A DNA stretch of 64,000 bases, taken from an uncultured Gemmatimonadales bacterium. Lineage in GTDB: Bacteria; Gemmatimonadota; Gemmatimonadetes; Gemmatimonadales; GWC2-71-9. Each line of letters opens with the position of its first letter. Within the stretch, counting starts at the first letter, position 1. The notes below the pieces were generated by a model. The model was not told the DNA's origin. It worked only from the letters and a program-made list of their open reading frames with translations, and did not search any database. Both the position numbers and the translations under genes were made by a program. The stretch lies in assembly GCA_963821525.1 (NCBI GenBank), contig CAWGED010000005.1, positions 832,001-896,000 on the forward strand, given 5' to 3'. Of the stretch, positions 1 to 11,125 are shown in pieces.

Positions 1-1352
1 GTCGCGGAAGAAATCCGCCACTCCCCGCATCAACGCGCCGATCCCCACGGCAACCCAGAGTCCGAACCCGGCGAAGGAGACTACGAAGAAGTAGTCGCGC
101 TCGCGGACTTCGCGCGCCACCTCACCCCTGGACGGATCGACCGGGATGGAGAACCCGTACTTGAAGTTGAGGTAGAAGATCAGGAGACCCGTCAGGGTGA
201 ACATCAGCGCGGTGGATGCCCAGAAGGCTCGACGGTCCCGCTGCCACAGCGACCAGGCTCCCAGGAGTCCGGTCGCGGTGAAGATCCCGGTGGCGAGGCC
301 GGCGGCTCTGCCCCAATCCCGCGCGAACTGCCAATTGAGGTACTGGAAGTAGTTCTTGATCTGCGACAGGAAGTCCGCCTGCCGGAGGAATACGGAAGGC
401 TTCCCGTACTGCGCCCGGTTGAGCACCTCGTTGAGCGCGGTCCAGGTGGTCGGTTCGCCCTCGTTGATCGGCGGGAACTGGGCGGCCCGAATAGGCAGGA
501 AGACGTAGTTGAGCGAGATCCCGATGATGACCGCGAGGACCGAGAGGTAGAGAATCGGCCGCTTGAACTCTCCGGGGTCCCGCCAGGCGGTGTAGGCCAG
601 CACGGCCGCGATCAGGCCGAGCACGGCGATCTGTTGCTCGATCGGCCCGTCATGGATGACGCTCCACTTGCCGGTAACCGCCAGGGCCAGCGTCAGGCCC
701 ATCGCCAGCACCCACGGGCGCAGGACCATCCCCGGATCGGTGAGCAGCACGTAGACCGCGACGGCCGGCCCGGCGAGAACGCCCATCATGTGATTGCAGG
801 AGCTGAGCGCAATGATGTAGGCGATCAACACCAGCCAGCGGTCCCGGTGGGAGCCCGGCGCGTCGTCGGCCCAATGCACTCCCAGCCACATGACCAGTGC
901 CGTGGAGAGGAGCGAAACCGTGTACACCTTCTCGTTCACCGTGGACTGGTTCCACACCGTCCACATCGTGGCGCTGACCAGGACACCGGCGAACGCCGCG
1001 GCCAGTCGCGCCCAGCGGATCGGTACCACCTCGCGCATCCAGCGATCGGCCACCAGGAACCAGAGCCCTGCCGAGAGTGCGCTGGTGAGTGCCGCGAAGA
1101 GATTGATGCGGGCCGCGTACGACTCGCTCAGCGGCAGAGCCCCGAAGGTATGAGCCAGCACCACGAAGAGCGGATTCCCCGGCGGATGCGGGAATGCCCA
1201 GCACATACGCGGCCGCGATGTATTCCGAGGTGTCCCAGAACGCGGTCGTGGGGGCCAGGGTGGCCACGTAGATGAGTAAGACCACCAGCGCGGTCAGGGC
1301 CGCGAAGAGATAGGGAGGTGGTTCTCGGGTGTCCGTCTGTCGCGATGGTCAT
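1..1352 (-). CDS. DUF2723/TMEM260-like membrane glycosyltransferase (runs off the window edge; frameshifts near 1320 and 1190)
   Basis: N-terminal motif [31 protein letters not shown](N)PLF and a later VRERDYFF motif, reconstructed across frames; paralog at 47772. Confidence 0.8.
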
Positions 1353-1369
1353 GTGGCTAGGGAAAGAAC

Positions 1370-1443
1370 GTGAGAGGTGAGAGGTAAGCGGTAAGCGGTG
1401 GGACGGGGAGGACCCGCTCACCGCTCACTGCTCACTGCTCACG
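1370..1443. repeat. Inverted heptamer arrays (GTGAGAG/GTAAGCG)n ... (CTCACTG/CTCACCG)n
   Basis: Seen directly between the purH stop and the DUF2723 start. Confidence 0.85.
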
Positions 1444-1447
1444 CTGT

Positions 1448-2977
1448 TCAGTGTCGGAATTGTCGGCGTCCGGTCAGCACCATCGCCATGCCGTGCTTGT
1501 CGGCCGCGGCGATGACTTCCGCGTCCCGTACCGAACCGCCCGGCTGGATGATGGCGGTGACGCCAGCCGCCGCCGCCTCTTCGACCCCGTCGGCGAAGGG
1601 GAAGAACGCATCCGATGCCATGACGGCGCCGCGCGGGTCGTGACCCTGCTGCCGAGCCTTGTGCACCGCGAGGAAGGAGCTGTCCACCCGGCTCATCTGC
1701 CCGGCGCCGATCCCGATCGTCGTCTCGTTCCTGGCCAGCAGCACCGCGTTGGACTTGACCGCCGCCACCGCGGCCCAGGCGAAGCGCAGATCCACCAGCT
1801 CCGCCTCGGTCGGGCGGCGCGCCGTCGGGTATTTCCACTCCGCCTCTGCCGGCTCGAACACGAAACGGTCCTGCAGCAGCATGCCGCCACGGACCCGCTT
1901 GAAGTCGAGCCCGGCGGTGTTCCGCCAGACCGGCAGCTCCACGGCGCGCAGGTTCGGCTTGGCCGCGAACACGGCGAGGGCCTCGTCATGGAACGAGGGC
2001 GCAACGACTACCTCGATGAAGAGACTGGTGATCGCGACCGCCGTGACCCGGTCCACCACCGTGTTGAATGCGACCACCCCGCCAAACGCCGACTGCGGGT
2101 CCGACGACAATGCCTTCTTGAAGGCGTCCTCGGCCGTCCCGGCGATGGCGATGCCGCAGGGCGTCGTGTGCTTGATGATCGCGCAGGCCGGAACGTTGTG
2201 CCACAACGAGGCGGTCCACATCGCCGCGTCGAGGTCGAGAATGTTATTGAAAGAGAGTTCCTTGCCCTGGCGCTGTTTCAGATCCCGCAGGCCGCGCGGC
2301 TCCTCATCGACGTAGAGCGCGGCGCGCTGGGTCGGATTCTCGCCGTACCGGAGACTCATCAGCCGCTCGAAGGACCAGCCGATCCGGTGCGGCATCCCAT
2401 CTTCGCGGGGAGTGAGGTAACGGGCGATCGCTCCGTCGTAGTCGGCGGTATGGCTGAAGACCTTCGCGGCAAACTCCTGGCGAACCGCGCGCGGCACCTC
2501 GCCGTGACGGAGGAGGTCGAGCACCCGCCCGTAGTCGGTGGGGTCCACCACTACGATGACGGATTCGTGGTTCTTGGCCGCGGAGCGGAGCATCGCGGGC
2601 CCGCCCACGTCGATGTTCTCGATGGCGTCCTCGAAGCTGACCTGCGGCTTCGCGACCGTCTCCCGGAAGGGATAGAGATTGACGGCGAGGAGGTCGATCG
2701 GGGTAATGCCGTGGGTCTTGAGGGCCGCGGTGTGCTCGGTCATGTCGCGCCGCGCGAGAAGTCCGGCATGGATCGCCGGGTGCAGCGTCTTGACCCGACC
2801 ATCGAGGATCTCGGGGAAGCCGGTGATCTTGTCTACCGGTTGCACCGGCACGCCGCCCGCCTTGAGCGCCGCGTGAGTTCCGCCGGTGGAAATGATGTCC
2901 CAGCCGAGGTTAACCAGGCCCTGCGCGAACTGCACGATGCCGCGCTTGTCACTGACCGAGATCAACGCGCGCGGCAC
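1448..2977 (-). CDS. purH: Bifunctional AICAR transformylase/IMP cyclohydrolase
   Basis: [24 protein letters not shown] and SDAFFPF motifs; 509 aa. Confidence 0.97.
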   Translation of the reverse strand: MPRALISVSDKRGIVQFAQGLVNLGWDIISTGGTHAALKAGGVPVQPVDKITGFPEILDGRVKTLHPAIHAGLLARRDMTEHTAALKTHGITPIDLLAVNLYPFRETVAKPQVSFEDAIENIDVGGPAMLRSAAKNHESVIVVVDPTDYGRVLDLLRHGEVPRAVRQEFAAKVFSHTADYDGAIARYLTPREDGMPHRIGWSFERLMSLRYGENPTQRAALYVDEEPRGLRDLKQRQGKELSFNNILDLDAAMWTASLWHNVPACAIIKHTTPCGIAIAGTAEDAFKKALSSDPQSAFGGVVAFNTVVDRVTAVAITSLFIEVVVAPSFHDEALAVFAAKPNLRAVELPVWRNTAGLDFKRVRGGMLLQDRFVFEPAEAEWKYPTARRPTEAELVDLRFAWAAVAAVKSNAVLLARNETTIGIGAGQMSRVDSSFLAVHKARQQGHDPRGAVMASDAFFPFADGVEEAAAAGVTAIIQPGGSVRDAEVIAAADKHGMAMVLTGRRQFRH

Positions 2978-2987
2978 GAGGGCTCCA

Positions 2988-3593
2988 TCACGGATTCGAC
3001 TCCACGGGCTGAGGTAGTGGGATCGGGCGGCCGGCTTCCGCGGCGGCCCGGACTACAGCCGGCAACAATCGATGTTCTGCTTCGAGCACCCGCGCGGCGA
3101 GCGTCTCCGCGGTGTCTCCCGGGAGAACCGGGACCCGGCTCTGGGCCAGGATCGGTCCCCGATCGTATTCCTCGTCCACCAGGTGGACCGTACAACCGGA
3201 AACCTTGGCCCCGCTCGCCAGCACCGCCTGATGCACCCTCAGGCCGTACATGCCTGGTCCACCGAACGACGGGAGCAGCGCGGGGTGAATGTTGATGATG
3301 CGATCGCGATAGGCTGCGATGACGGCCGGCGGCACCAGTTTCAGGTACCCGGCGAGAACGATCAGGTCCACGTGGTACTGACGGAGCGCTTCCAACCACT
3401 CGGCGTCATCGGCGGGGTTCCGGAACACCATTGCCGGGACCCCGAAAGCCTTGGCGTGCCCCAGTCCACCGGCGCTCGCCCGGTTGCTCAGTACCAGCAC
3501 CACCTTGGCGCCTCCGAAGTTCCGAAGGCTCTCGAGCAGCGCGAGGAGGTTACTGCCTCCGCCCGAGACGCACACGGCGATCTTCAGCGGCAT
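2988..3593 (-). CDS. purN: Phosphoribosylglycinamide formyltransferase
   Basis: SGGGSNL, NIHPALLP and GCTVHLVDEEYDRG motifs; ATG at 3593. Confidence 0.95.
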   Translation of the reverse strand: MPLKIAVCVSGGGSNLLALLESLRNFGGAKVVLVLSNRASAGGLGHAKAFGVPAMVFRNPADDAEWLEALRQYHVDLIVLAGYLKLVPPAVIAAYRDRIINIHPALLPSFGGPGMYGLRVHQAVLASGAKVSGCTVHLVDEEYDRGPILAQSRVPVLPGDTAETLAARVLEAEHRLLPAVVRAAAEAGRPIPLPQPVESNP

Positions 3594-3811
3594 GGCGCAA
3601 GAAACTAAGGGGGCAGGGAGGGATGGTGTAGGGGGCCGAGGCAATTCGAGCGGCCTGAGCCGCGTGGCGACCGATCGGCTAATTGGTGGTCCCGCCAGAA
3701 GTTAGACGACCCATCCAGGACGTCCTGTCTCGAGCCGCCAAATTGGCCCTTCTCTTGCCGATATGTCAAGCAAATCAGCACTACACAGGCGCAGCCACCG
3801 AGGGGGAAGGT

Positions 3812-4685
3812 ATGAGAACCGTCAAGGAATTGATCGGTCGTGGGGCTGGCGTCCTCGCGATTGCCGCCAGCATCCTGTCAGGTGGCTGCGAGGCCACGCT
3901 GAAGGACAACGGGCTCCAGATCCAGCGGATCATCGCCGGGGTGACCGACGCGTCGGGCACCATCCACGCTTCGCTGGTTCAGGGCGACGCTCCGAACCCG
4001 AACGGCGGCCCGACCAACACCGCTGCGGGTTTCGCCGCGATGGTGACCGGGGGCAGCTCCCAGCAGACCATTACCGGCTCGGGTGCCTTCACCCGGATCG
4101 TCGTGGCCATGCCGGGCGCCCGGAACTACTACGAGCTGACCGTCCCGTCGGGAACTACCACTCCGATCATCCTGCGCGCGGCCGAGAACCTCTCCAGTAT
4201 GAACATGGGGGTGAGCTACGCGGTGGGCGATGCCAACGTGATCGGCAAATACACCGCGGCGACCGTCAAGATCATTAACGTGGGTAACGGTGACGTTCAG
4301 GTCAGCGTCTCCTGGAGCGACACCAGCGACGTGGACCTCCACGTGGTGGATCCGGCTCTTGAGGAGATCTACTTCGGCCACCTCACCTCGACGAGCGGCG
4401 GTAAGCTCGACCTGGACTCCAACGCGGCCTGCAGCCAGGACGAGCCCCAGCTTCCCCCACAAGAGCAACGAGAACATCGTGTGGCCGGTTGGTCAGGCTC
4501 CTCACGGTACTTTCACCGTGCGGCTGGCCTACTGGAGCGCCTGCAACGTCAGCGCACCGACCGACTACGTCGTGACCGTCGCCACCAAGGGCGGCGGGGC
4601 CCAGGTCTTCACCGGCCAGTTCACTGGTAGCGGTACCGGTGGCGGGGCTGGCAGCGGGACGCTGATTACGACGTTTACGTTCTAG
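3812..4685 (+). CDS. Putative lipoprotein with C-terminal YfaP/DUF2135-like domain (frameshift near 4450)
   Basis: Signal peptide ending in Cys; VSVSWSDTSDVDLHVVDP...GKLDLDSN...NENIVW pattern. Confidence 0.6.
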
Positions 4686-4725
4686 TTGAACTGCAGCAGT
4701 AAGCCGTAAGCCTTAAGCCGTAAGC

Positions 4726-4773
4726 AAAACAGGAAGCCGCAGGTCCTCGCCCGGGATCTGCGGCTTTTGTTTT
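4726..4773. terminator. Probable bidirectional intrinsic terminator
   Basis: AAAACAGGAAGCCGCAGGTCC / GGATCTGCGGCTTTTGTTTT stem with A and T tails, between convergent genes. Confidence 0.7.
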
Positions 4774-4816
4774 CTTGTGGCGTCTGGCAGTTGGCGGACG
4801 GCGCTGCTCACCGTCA

Positions 4817-4927
4817 TTCAACACGGAGAACACAAAGGCACAAAGAGTCACAAAGTCATCTTGAAGAACTGATTTCAGAAATGGTTTTCTTTGTGCGCTT
4901 CGTGTCCTTTGTGCACTTCGTGTTGAA
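4817..4927. repeat. Inverted ~9-bp-periodic arrays (CACAAAG/CACGAAG core)
   Basis: TTCAACACGGAGAACACAAAGGCACAAAG... pairs with CTTTGTGCGCTTCGTGTCCTTTGTGCACTTCGTGTTGAA. Confidence 0.8.
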
Positions 4928-5010
4928 GCGTCTGGACCAGCCAAGTCGCCAAAGTCTTCCGGGAAGCAACTGACTGCCTTCGCTCACCGCTAACAGCTAA
5001 CGGCTGAGCC

Positions 5011-6369
5011 CTATCCCTCCACGGCTGCCTGTAACGCAGCCTTGATCGCGGGATAGTCCGCTTCCAGCAGCGTCCGCGGGTCCAGCAACACATGCCCCCC
5101 AGCCACTCGCACGATGATCGGTGGCTGGCTCAGGCGAAGCCGGACCGCGAGGCCCTCGGCGCCGAGGGGGCCGGCGTTGAGGGCGACGAGACTGGTCGGC
5201 AGCTTGGCACCGGGGAAGGAGCCGCCTCCTACCGCCGATTCTCCCGGAATGACCTCGGGCATGAACACCGGGGGACAGAGGCCGGCGAGCACTCTCGCGC
5301 GACGATCCAGCTCCGCCTCGTCCAGGGTCAGCATGCGGAGCACCGGGATCTCCCGTCTCGCGACCTCGGGATCGTGGTAGAGACCTAATGTCGCTTCGAG
5401 TGCGGCGAGGGTGAAACGATCGGCGCGGAGGGCGCGAGCCAGCGGGTTGGCGCGGCACCGGGCGATGATCTCCCGCTTGCCCACCAGACACCCCGCCTGG
5501 GGCCCGCCGAGCAGTTTGTCGCCCGAGAAGATGACGAGGTCGGCGCCCGCGGACACCGCGGTCTGAACCCGGGGTTCGGAGCTCAAGCCCCACGGACTCA
5601 GATCGAGCAGCAGACCGCTGCCGACATCATGCAGGTAGGGGAGCCGGCGCGAGTGAGCGAGCTCCGCGAGTTCATCTGACGACGGCGACGTGACGAAGCC
5701 GACCTGCTCGAAGTTGGAGCGATGCACCGTCAGAATCGCGGTCGCCCCGTCGATCGCGTTCTGATAATCGATAAGGTGAGTTCGGTTGGTGGTACCCACC
5801 TCCTGCAACACCGCGCCGCTCTTTCCCATGATGTCGGGGATGCGGAACGATCCGCCGATTTCGATCAGCTCGCCACGCGAGATGATGACTCGTCCACCCT
5901 GGGCCAGCGAATTGAGGGCGAGCACCAGCGCGCCGGCCGCATTGTTGACCGCCAGTCCATCCTCGGCTCCGGTCAGCTCCGCGAGCAGGGTGCGGCAATG
6001 ATCCGCCCGCTGGCCTCGAGCGCCCGATGCGAGGTCGTACTCCAGTGAGCTGTACCCCTCGGCCACTTCCTGGATGGCGACGGCCGCTGCGTGGGCCAGG
6101 GGTGCTCGCCCCAGGTTGGTATGCAGCACGACACCAGTCGCGTTTAGTACCGGCTGCAGCGAACGTGTGGTGTGCGCCTGGACCCGCTCGGCGATCTCCG
6201 CGGCCCAATCTTCAGGTGGACCGGCACGATTCGAGCGTGCCGCCTCCAGTGCCTCGCGCACCGCGACCACCACGACATTGCGCGGCACGGTCGCGAACAA
6301 GGCTTCCACTCCGGGGTCTCGGAGCAGGCGATCCACCGAGGGAAGCTGCCGCCGCGCGTCCGGGTTCAC
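5011..6369 (-). CDS. selA: L-seryl-tRNA(Sec) selenium transferase
   Basis: NATGVVLHTNLGRA, SRGELIEIGGSFRIP, EVGTTN and FSGDKLLGGPQAG (PLP lysine). Confidence 0.95.
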   Translation of the reverse strand: MNPDARRQLPSVDRLLRDPGVEALFATVPRNVVVVAVREALEAARSNRAGPPEDWAAEIAERVQAHTTRSLQPVLNATGVVLHTNLGRAPLAHAAAVAIQEVAEGYSSLEYDLASGARGQRADHCRTLLAELTGAEDGLAVNNAAGALVLALNSLAQGGRVIISRGELIEIGGSFRIPDIMGKSGAVLQEVGTTNRTHLIDYQNAIDGATAILTVHRSNFEQVGFVTSPSSDELAELAHSRRLPYLHDVGSGLLLDLSPWGLSSEPRVQTAVSAGADLVIFSGDKLLGGPQAGCLVGKREIIARCRANPLARALRADRFTLAALEATLGLYHDPEVARREIPVLRMLTLDEAELDRRARVLAGLCPPVFMPEVIPGESAVGGGSFPGAKLPTSLVALNAGPLGAEGLAVRLRLSQPPIIVRVAGGHVLLDPRTLLEADYPAIKAALQAAVEG

Positions 6370-7740
6370 GGTTTCCCCGCACCGGGCTTTACGCCCGTGG
6401 TATCAGAAATCACGGAATCCTTCTTCTCCTCCTTGATCTCCGGAACCGAGAAGCCCGCCCGCGCTTCCTCGCTGGCGACGCCGTTCACGTTTCGAATCCC
6501 CGGCACATCGACCAGGTACTTGCCGGCTGGCTTGAAGGCGCTGTCCACCCGCAGCACCAGTTTGTCGAACAACGCAGGCCGCTGCGCGAGGAGCTGCTTC
6601 AAGGCGGTGGAGTCTGCCGCGCCGGGGCTGGGCCTGCCGGGTAAGCGGATCGGAGGCGGCTGGGCGAACTTCGGCTTCTTGCCCGCGAGACTATCCGCCG
6701 GTACCGCGGTGGTGTCCCGCGCGATCGAATCCGCCCGCAGCGAATCGATCCTGGCACGCACCACTAATTGGATGCTGTCGTCTACCGGTTTGGGGAGCAG
6801 CGAGGCCACGTGGACCGGAATCGAATCGGGCAATTCACGGAGCAGCACCTGCAAGGAGTCGAAGCGCTGCCGAGGATCGAGCGGCTGGGTGAAGGTGATC
6901 GTAGCGGAGACGCTGTCGTTCGCTGTGATCCCGGAGATCCGAGGCCCCACCGAATCGTGGGGATAGATCCAGAGGGCCGGAATCGTCGTCGTGCCCTGGG
7001 GAACCCGCACGCTGTCGAACGCCTCCCGATCTTCCTTCTGCAGGTTGTGGTTGGCGTCGAGCACCGCGAACGCGACGTACTCGCCCTGGGGCAGGGGCCC
7101 TATTCGGAACCGCCCCGACGAATCGGTGAGAGTGCGATAGATGAGCGTGTCCGGCATAAGGGCCAACGCGATCAAAGCCTGTCGAGCATACTGCCCGGCG
7201 ACCCAGTCCACTGCCTGTCCTTCGACCGTATCAGTCGGAAGCGGACCGCCGGTCGAGAAGGTGATGACGATACTGGTGTCGGTCTTGTTCCGGCTCAAAT
7301 CAACGATGCCCGGGAGCAGCTCGATGCGATAGACCCGGTTCGGCTTCCATCCTTCGCGGGGCCGGACCGTGATGCGATCCCGCTTCCATTTGATGTGCGG
7401 GATCTCGTGCGAGGGGGAAACCAGGATCAGGCGCTCGAGGTCTCCGGTGCCGAGCCCCATACTCGGAGTACTTCCCTCGGACACGATCTCATCGAAGCGG
7501 AATTCGACGTCCTTGTCCCAGCCGGGATAGACGCCGACCGATTCGGGTACGGTGGAGAGGAGGATGGGTGGAATGTGGTCCGTTGGGCCGCCGGGCGGGG
7601 GGGCCATTTTGGCGCAGGCGAGAAGGGCTGTCAGGGCGAGTAGGGCGGGACGAGACGGACAGGGCGGACGGAGCAGTAGGTGAACGCCCGACCGCCCCGA
7701 CCGCCCCGTCCGTCTTGTTCGACGCTGTCCAACCTCTCAT
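6366..7740 (-). CDS. Ig-like (Big_5) domain lipoprotein; the start at 7740 requires one frameshift
   Basis: Lipobox LLAC precedes KMAPPPGGPTD..PP; FDE and FSTG patterns; ATG at 7740 overlaps the valS stop. Confidence 0.65.
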
Positions 7741-10495
7741 TCCAACCGGGCCCGCTTCTCCACCAGGACTGCGTGCTGCTCGCTCCAGCTGCTCAGCTTT
7801 TCCCGTTCCTTCGCCACGATCTCCTGAGGTGCCCGGGAGGTGAACTGCTCGTTGCCCAGCTTGGCTTTCTGGTTCTCGATAAGCTTGGTCAGGCGTTCCA
7901 GCTCGTTCTGAAGCCGGCTCCGTTCCTTGTCGAGGTCGAGAACCTCGCCGAGCGGGACGAAGAGCGAGCTCCGGTCAGTGAGCACGGCACTCGCACCGAC
8001 GCCGGCCGAGTCTCCGCCAAAGCGCAGTTCGGAAATCTTGGCCAATCGGCGAATGGTTCCCGATTCATCGTGAAAGGCTTTCTCCGCATCCTTACCCGCG
8101 ACCGTGACCACCGCCCGGACCGATTTGCCGGGCTCGATGCCATACTCGGCCCTGATCTGCCGGACCGCGACAACCAGTTCCTGAACCAGAGCGAAGGCAC
8201 GCTCAGCCTCGGCATCATTGGCGCGGCGGTCGGGCAGTGGCCATGCCGTGATACTGATTGACGCTTCTGCGTCCCGACCCGGCAGTCGCTTCCAAAGCGC
8301 TTCGGTGATGAACGGCATGATCGGGTGCAGCAGCTGGAGTGCTACCTCGAAGGTCCGGGCCGCGACCGCCCGGGCCACGTCTCCACCGGGCTGATCGCCG
8401 TAGAGTCGCGGTTTGATCTGCTCGATGTACCAGTCGGCGAAATCGCTCCACAGGAAATGGTAGACCGCGTTCGCCGCTTCGTTGAGCCGATACTTATCGT
8501 AGGCCTCGGTCGCCTGGATCACCATCGCGTTGCAGCGGGAGATGATCCAGCGGTCGGCCAGCGTCAGCTCTTCCTGCCGCACCACGTCTGGGTGATTCCC
8601 CGCCAACGGCCTAATCGTACCGCGCCGCCGAGCCGCCCATCCGCGACCGAGCGACCCTCAGGAGCGCGCGCGCGCGACTCGGGAGCGAGGGAGTCCTTTA
8701 GGACCGTACCGCCGAGATTGGAAAGCACAAACCGCCCCGCATTCCACAGCTTGTTGGCGAAGTTCCGCCCCGGAGAAAACGAGGTCTCCAGATCGCTCGG
8801 GTCGAGGATGACATCGGTGCCCACCGCCATGCCGGAGATCACGGTGTAGCGGAGTGCATCCGCTCCGAACCGGCTCACCACCTCGAGGGGGTCGATCCCG
8901 TTCCCCAGGGACTTGGACATCTTGCGGTGCTGGGTGTCTCGCACCGTGCCGTGCAGGTAGACGGTCGAAAACGGGATCTCCCCCATGAACCAGCATCCCG
9001 CCATCACCATGCGGGCCACCCAGAAGAACAGGATCTCGGGTGCCGTGACCAGTGTCGAGCCGGGATAGAAGCGGTCGAGATCCCTGGTCTTGTCCGGCCA
9101 TCCCAGGCTGGAGAAGGTGACGAGCCAGGAGGAGAACCAGGTGTCGAGCACGTCCTCGTCCTGTCGCAGCGGCGCGCCGCAGGAACACTGCTTGGGTTCT
9201 TCCCGTGCCACGATCATCTCGCCGCACTTGTCGCAGTACCAGACCGGTATGCGATGGCCCCACCAGAGTTGCCGGGAGATGCACCAGTCGCGAATCCCTT
9301 CCATCCACTGGCGGTACTCCTCGCCCCGCCGCTCCGGGATGAAGCGCAGCGTCCCATCGACGTAGGCCTGGAGTGCCGGCTTGGCGAGCGGCGCCATCTT
9401 CACGAACCACTGGTCCGAGAGGCGCGGCTCCACCACGGTTTCGCAGCGGTAGCAGTGCCCCACCGCATGGCGGTGATTCTCGACTTTGTCCAGCAGCCCC
9501 AGCTTCTCGAACTCGGCCACGACCTGTTTCCGGGCGACGAACCGATCGAGCCCGCGGAAACGCTCCGGCACCGCGTCGTTGAGGTGCGCGTCGGGTGTGA
9601 GAATGTCGATCGGTTCCAGATGGTGGCGGCGTCCGATCTCGAAGTCGAGCGCATCGTGGGCGGGAGTCACCTTCACGGCACCGCTCCCGAACTTGGGATC
9701 CACTTCTGAATCGGCCACGATCGGGATGAGCCGGTCCACCAGAGGCAGACGCACCTTCTTGCCCACCAGCTTCTTGTAGCGCTTGTCCTTGGGATTCACC
9801 GCGACGCCGGTGTCGCCCAGCATGGTCTCGGGCCGAGTGGTTGCGACGGTGATGAATCCGCTGCCGTCCTCGAGCGGGTAGCGGAACCACCAGATCTTGC
9901 CGTCCACCTCTTCCTTCTCCACCTCTTCGTTGGAGAGGGCGGTAAGGCAGCGGGGGCACCAGTTGATGATGTACTTGCCCCGGTAGATCAGCCCCTTCTC
10001 ATGCAGCCGCACGAAGACTTCCCGCACGGCGCGCGAGAGATCCTCGTCGAGCGTGAAGTAGGTGCGAGACCAGTCGGCGCTGGCGCCCAGGGCACGAAGC
10101 TGCTGCAGGATGGTATCGCCGGTTTCCCGCACGAAGGCCCAGACTCTCGCTTCGAACTCCGTTCGGCCGAGGTCGAAGCGGGTCTTTCCCTCCTGCGCGA
10201 TGATACGCTCCACCACGTTCTGGGTGGCGATGCCGGCGTGGTCGGTTCCCGGAAGCCAGAGTGTGACCCGGCCCCGCATCCGTTCGAACCGAGTGAGCAC
10301 ATCCTGGACGGTGTAGGTGAGACCGTGCCCCATGTGCAGGATCGAGGTCACGTTGGGCGGGGGCATCATGATCACGAAGGGCGCTCCTTTGCCCTTGCCC
10401 CCTTCGGGAGAGAAGAGCCCCTTGCCCTCCCACCAGCGATAAAGCCCGGGCTCGACCGCGCCCGGGGTGTATTGAGGCGGTAGTTCGTCGTTCAT
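7737..10495 (-). CDS. valS: Valine--tRNA ligase (frameshift near 8610)
   Basis: PPPNVT..LHMGH, DWCISRQLWWGH, KMSKS and C-terminal coiled-coil arm. Confidence 0.96.
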
Positions 10496-10926
10496 GCGGG
10501 ACGGTCGGTCAGATCTTCGACGTCTTCCGGCACGTCGTCTTCCCCGTGGACCAGGATGCAATCCACCACCCGTTCGATCCCCGTCAGGGCGTGGACCACG
10601 CGAATGGCCCGCGCGCGGAGGTTGCGACTGGGGACCCAGCCGTGGATCTCGACGACACCGGCGCTGACTCCCACGGCCTCCAAGGCGAGGTCGTGGAGCT
10701 GGTCGTCGCTCCTGAGGGCAGCCCGGGCCAGGCTGGCCGTCGCGGGGGGGCCTTCCCGGCGCGCGACCAGCTTCCCCCGCGGCACGGAGCCCCAGCGGCG
10801 GGGAATCGGAAGCTTGCGGGACCCCAGCAACTCGCCCAGCACGAAGCCGGTGACGAGGCCAAGTCCGGCCCCCACCAGGCTCCAGGCGAACAATTCGCTG
10901 CCGGAAGGTCGTCTGCTGATGCCCAT
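10492..10926 (-). CDS. BON domain protein with N-terminal TM helix
   Basis: TM segment then GVVEIHGWV...ARAIRVVHALTGIERVVDCI BON-like pattern. Confidence 0.7.
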   Translation of the reverse strand: MGISRRPSGSELFAWSLVGAGLGLVTGFVLGELLGSRKLPIPRRWGSVPRGKLVARREGPPATASLARAALRSDDQLHDLALEAVGVSAGVVEIHGWVPSRNLRARAIRVVHALTGIERVVDCILVHGEDDVPEDVEDLTDRPA

Positions 10927-10972
10927 TCCTCTGCTCTTACCTGACGGTTTGACGAGCGGTTAACTTAACACG

Positions 10973-11125
10973 ATGAAAGACGAAAATGCCCCAATGACAG
11001 GTGCTGAAATCATGCGCTGGTCGGTCCTTGCCGCCCTGCTGATCGGTTGCATCGCCCTGTACTTCCGTTATGCGCCCACGACCCCTCCGGTCATCCATCC
11101 GGCGGTGGCGGACACGACTCAATGA
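10973..11125 (+). CDS. Small single-TM protein (50 aa), not in the ORF track
   Basis: MKDENAPMTGAEIMRWSVLAALLIGCIALYFRYAP...; its stop overlaps the thrS ATG (ATGA). Confidence 0.55.
   Translation: MKDENAPMTGAEIMRWSVLAALLIGCIALYFRYAPTTPPVIHPAVADTTQ

Noticed and set aside
1451..3295. Long antisense ORFs (614 aa here; also 11119-12705, 25705-27027, 43817-45229, 45542-47104)
   Set aside because: Shadow ORFs opposite well-conserved genes, expected from high GC3 codon bias; no recognisable motifs
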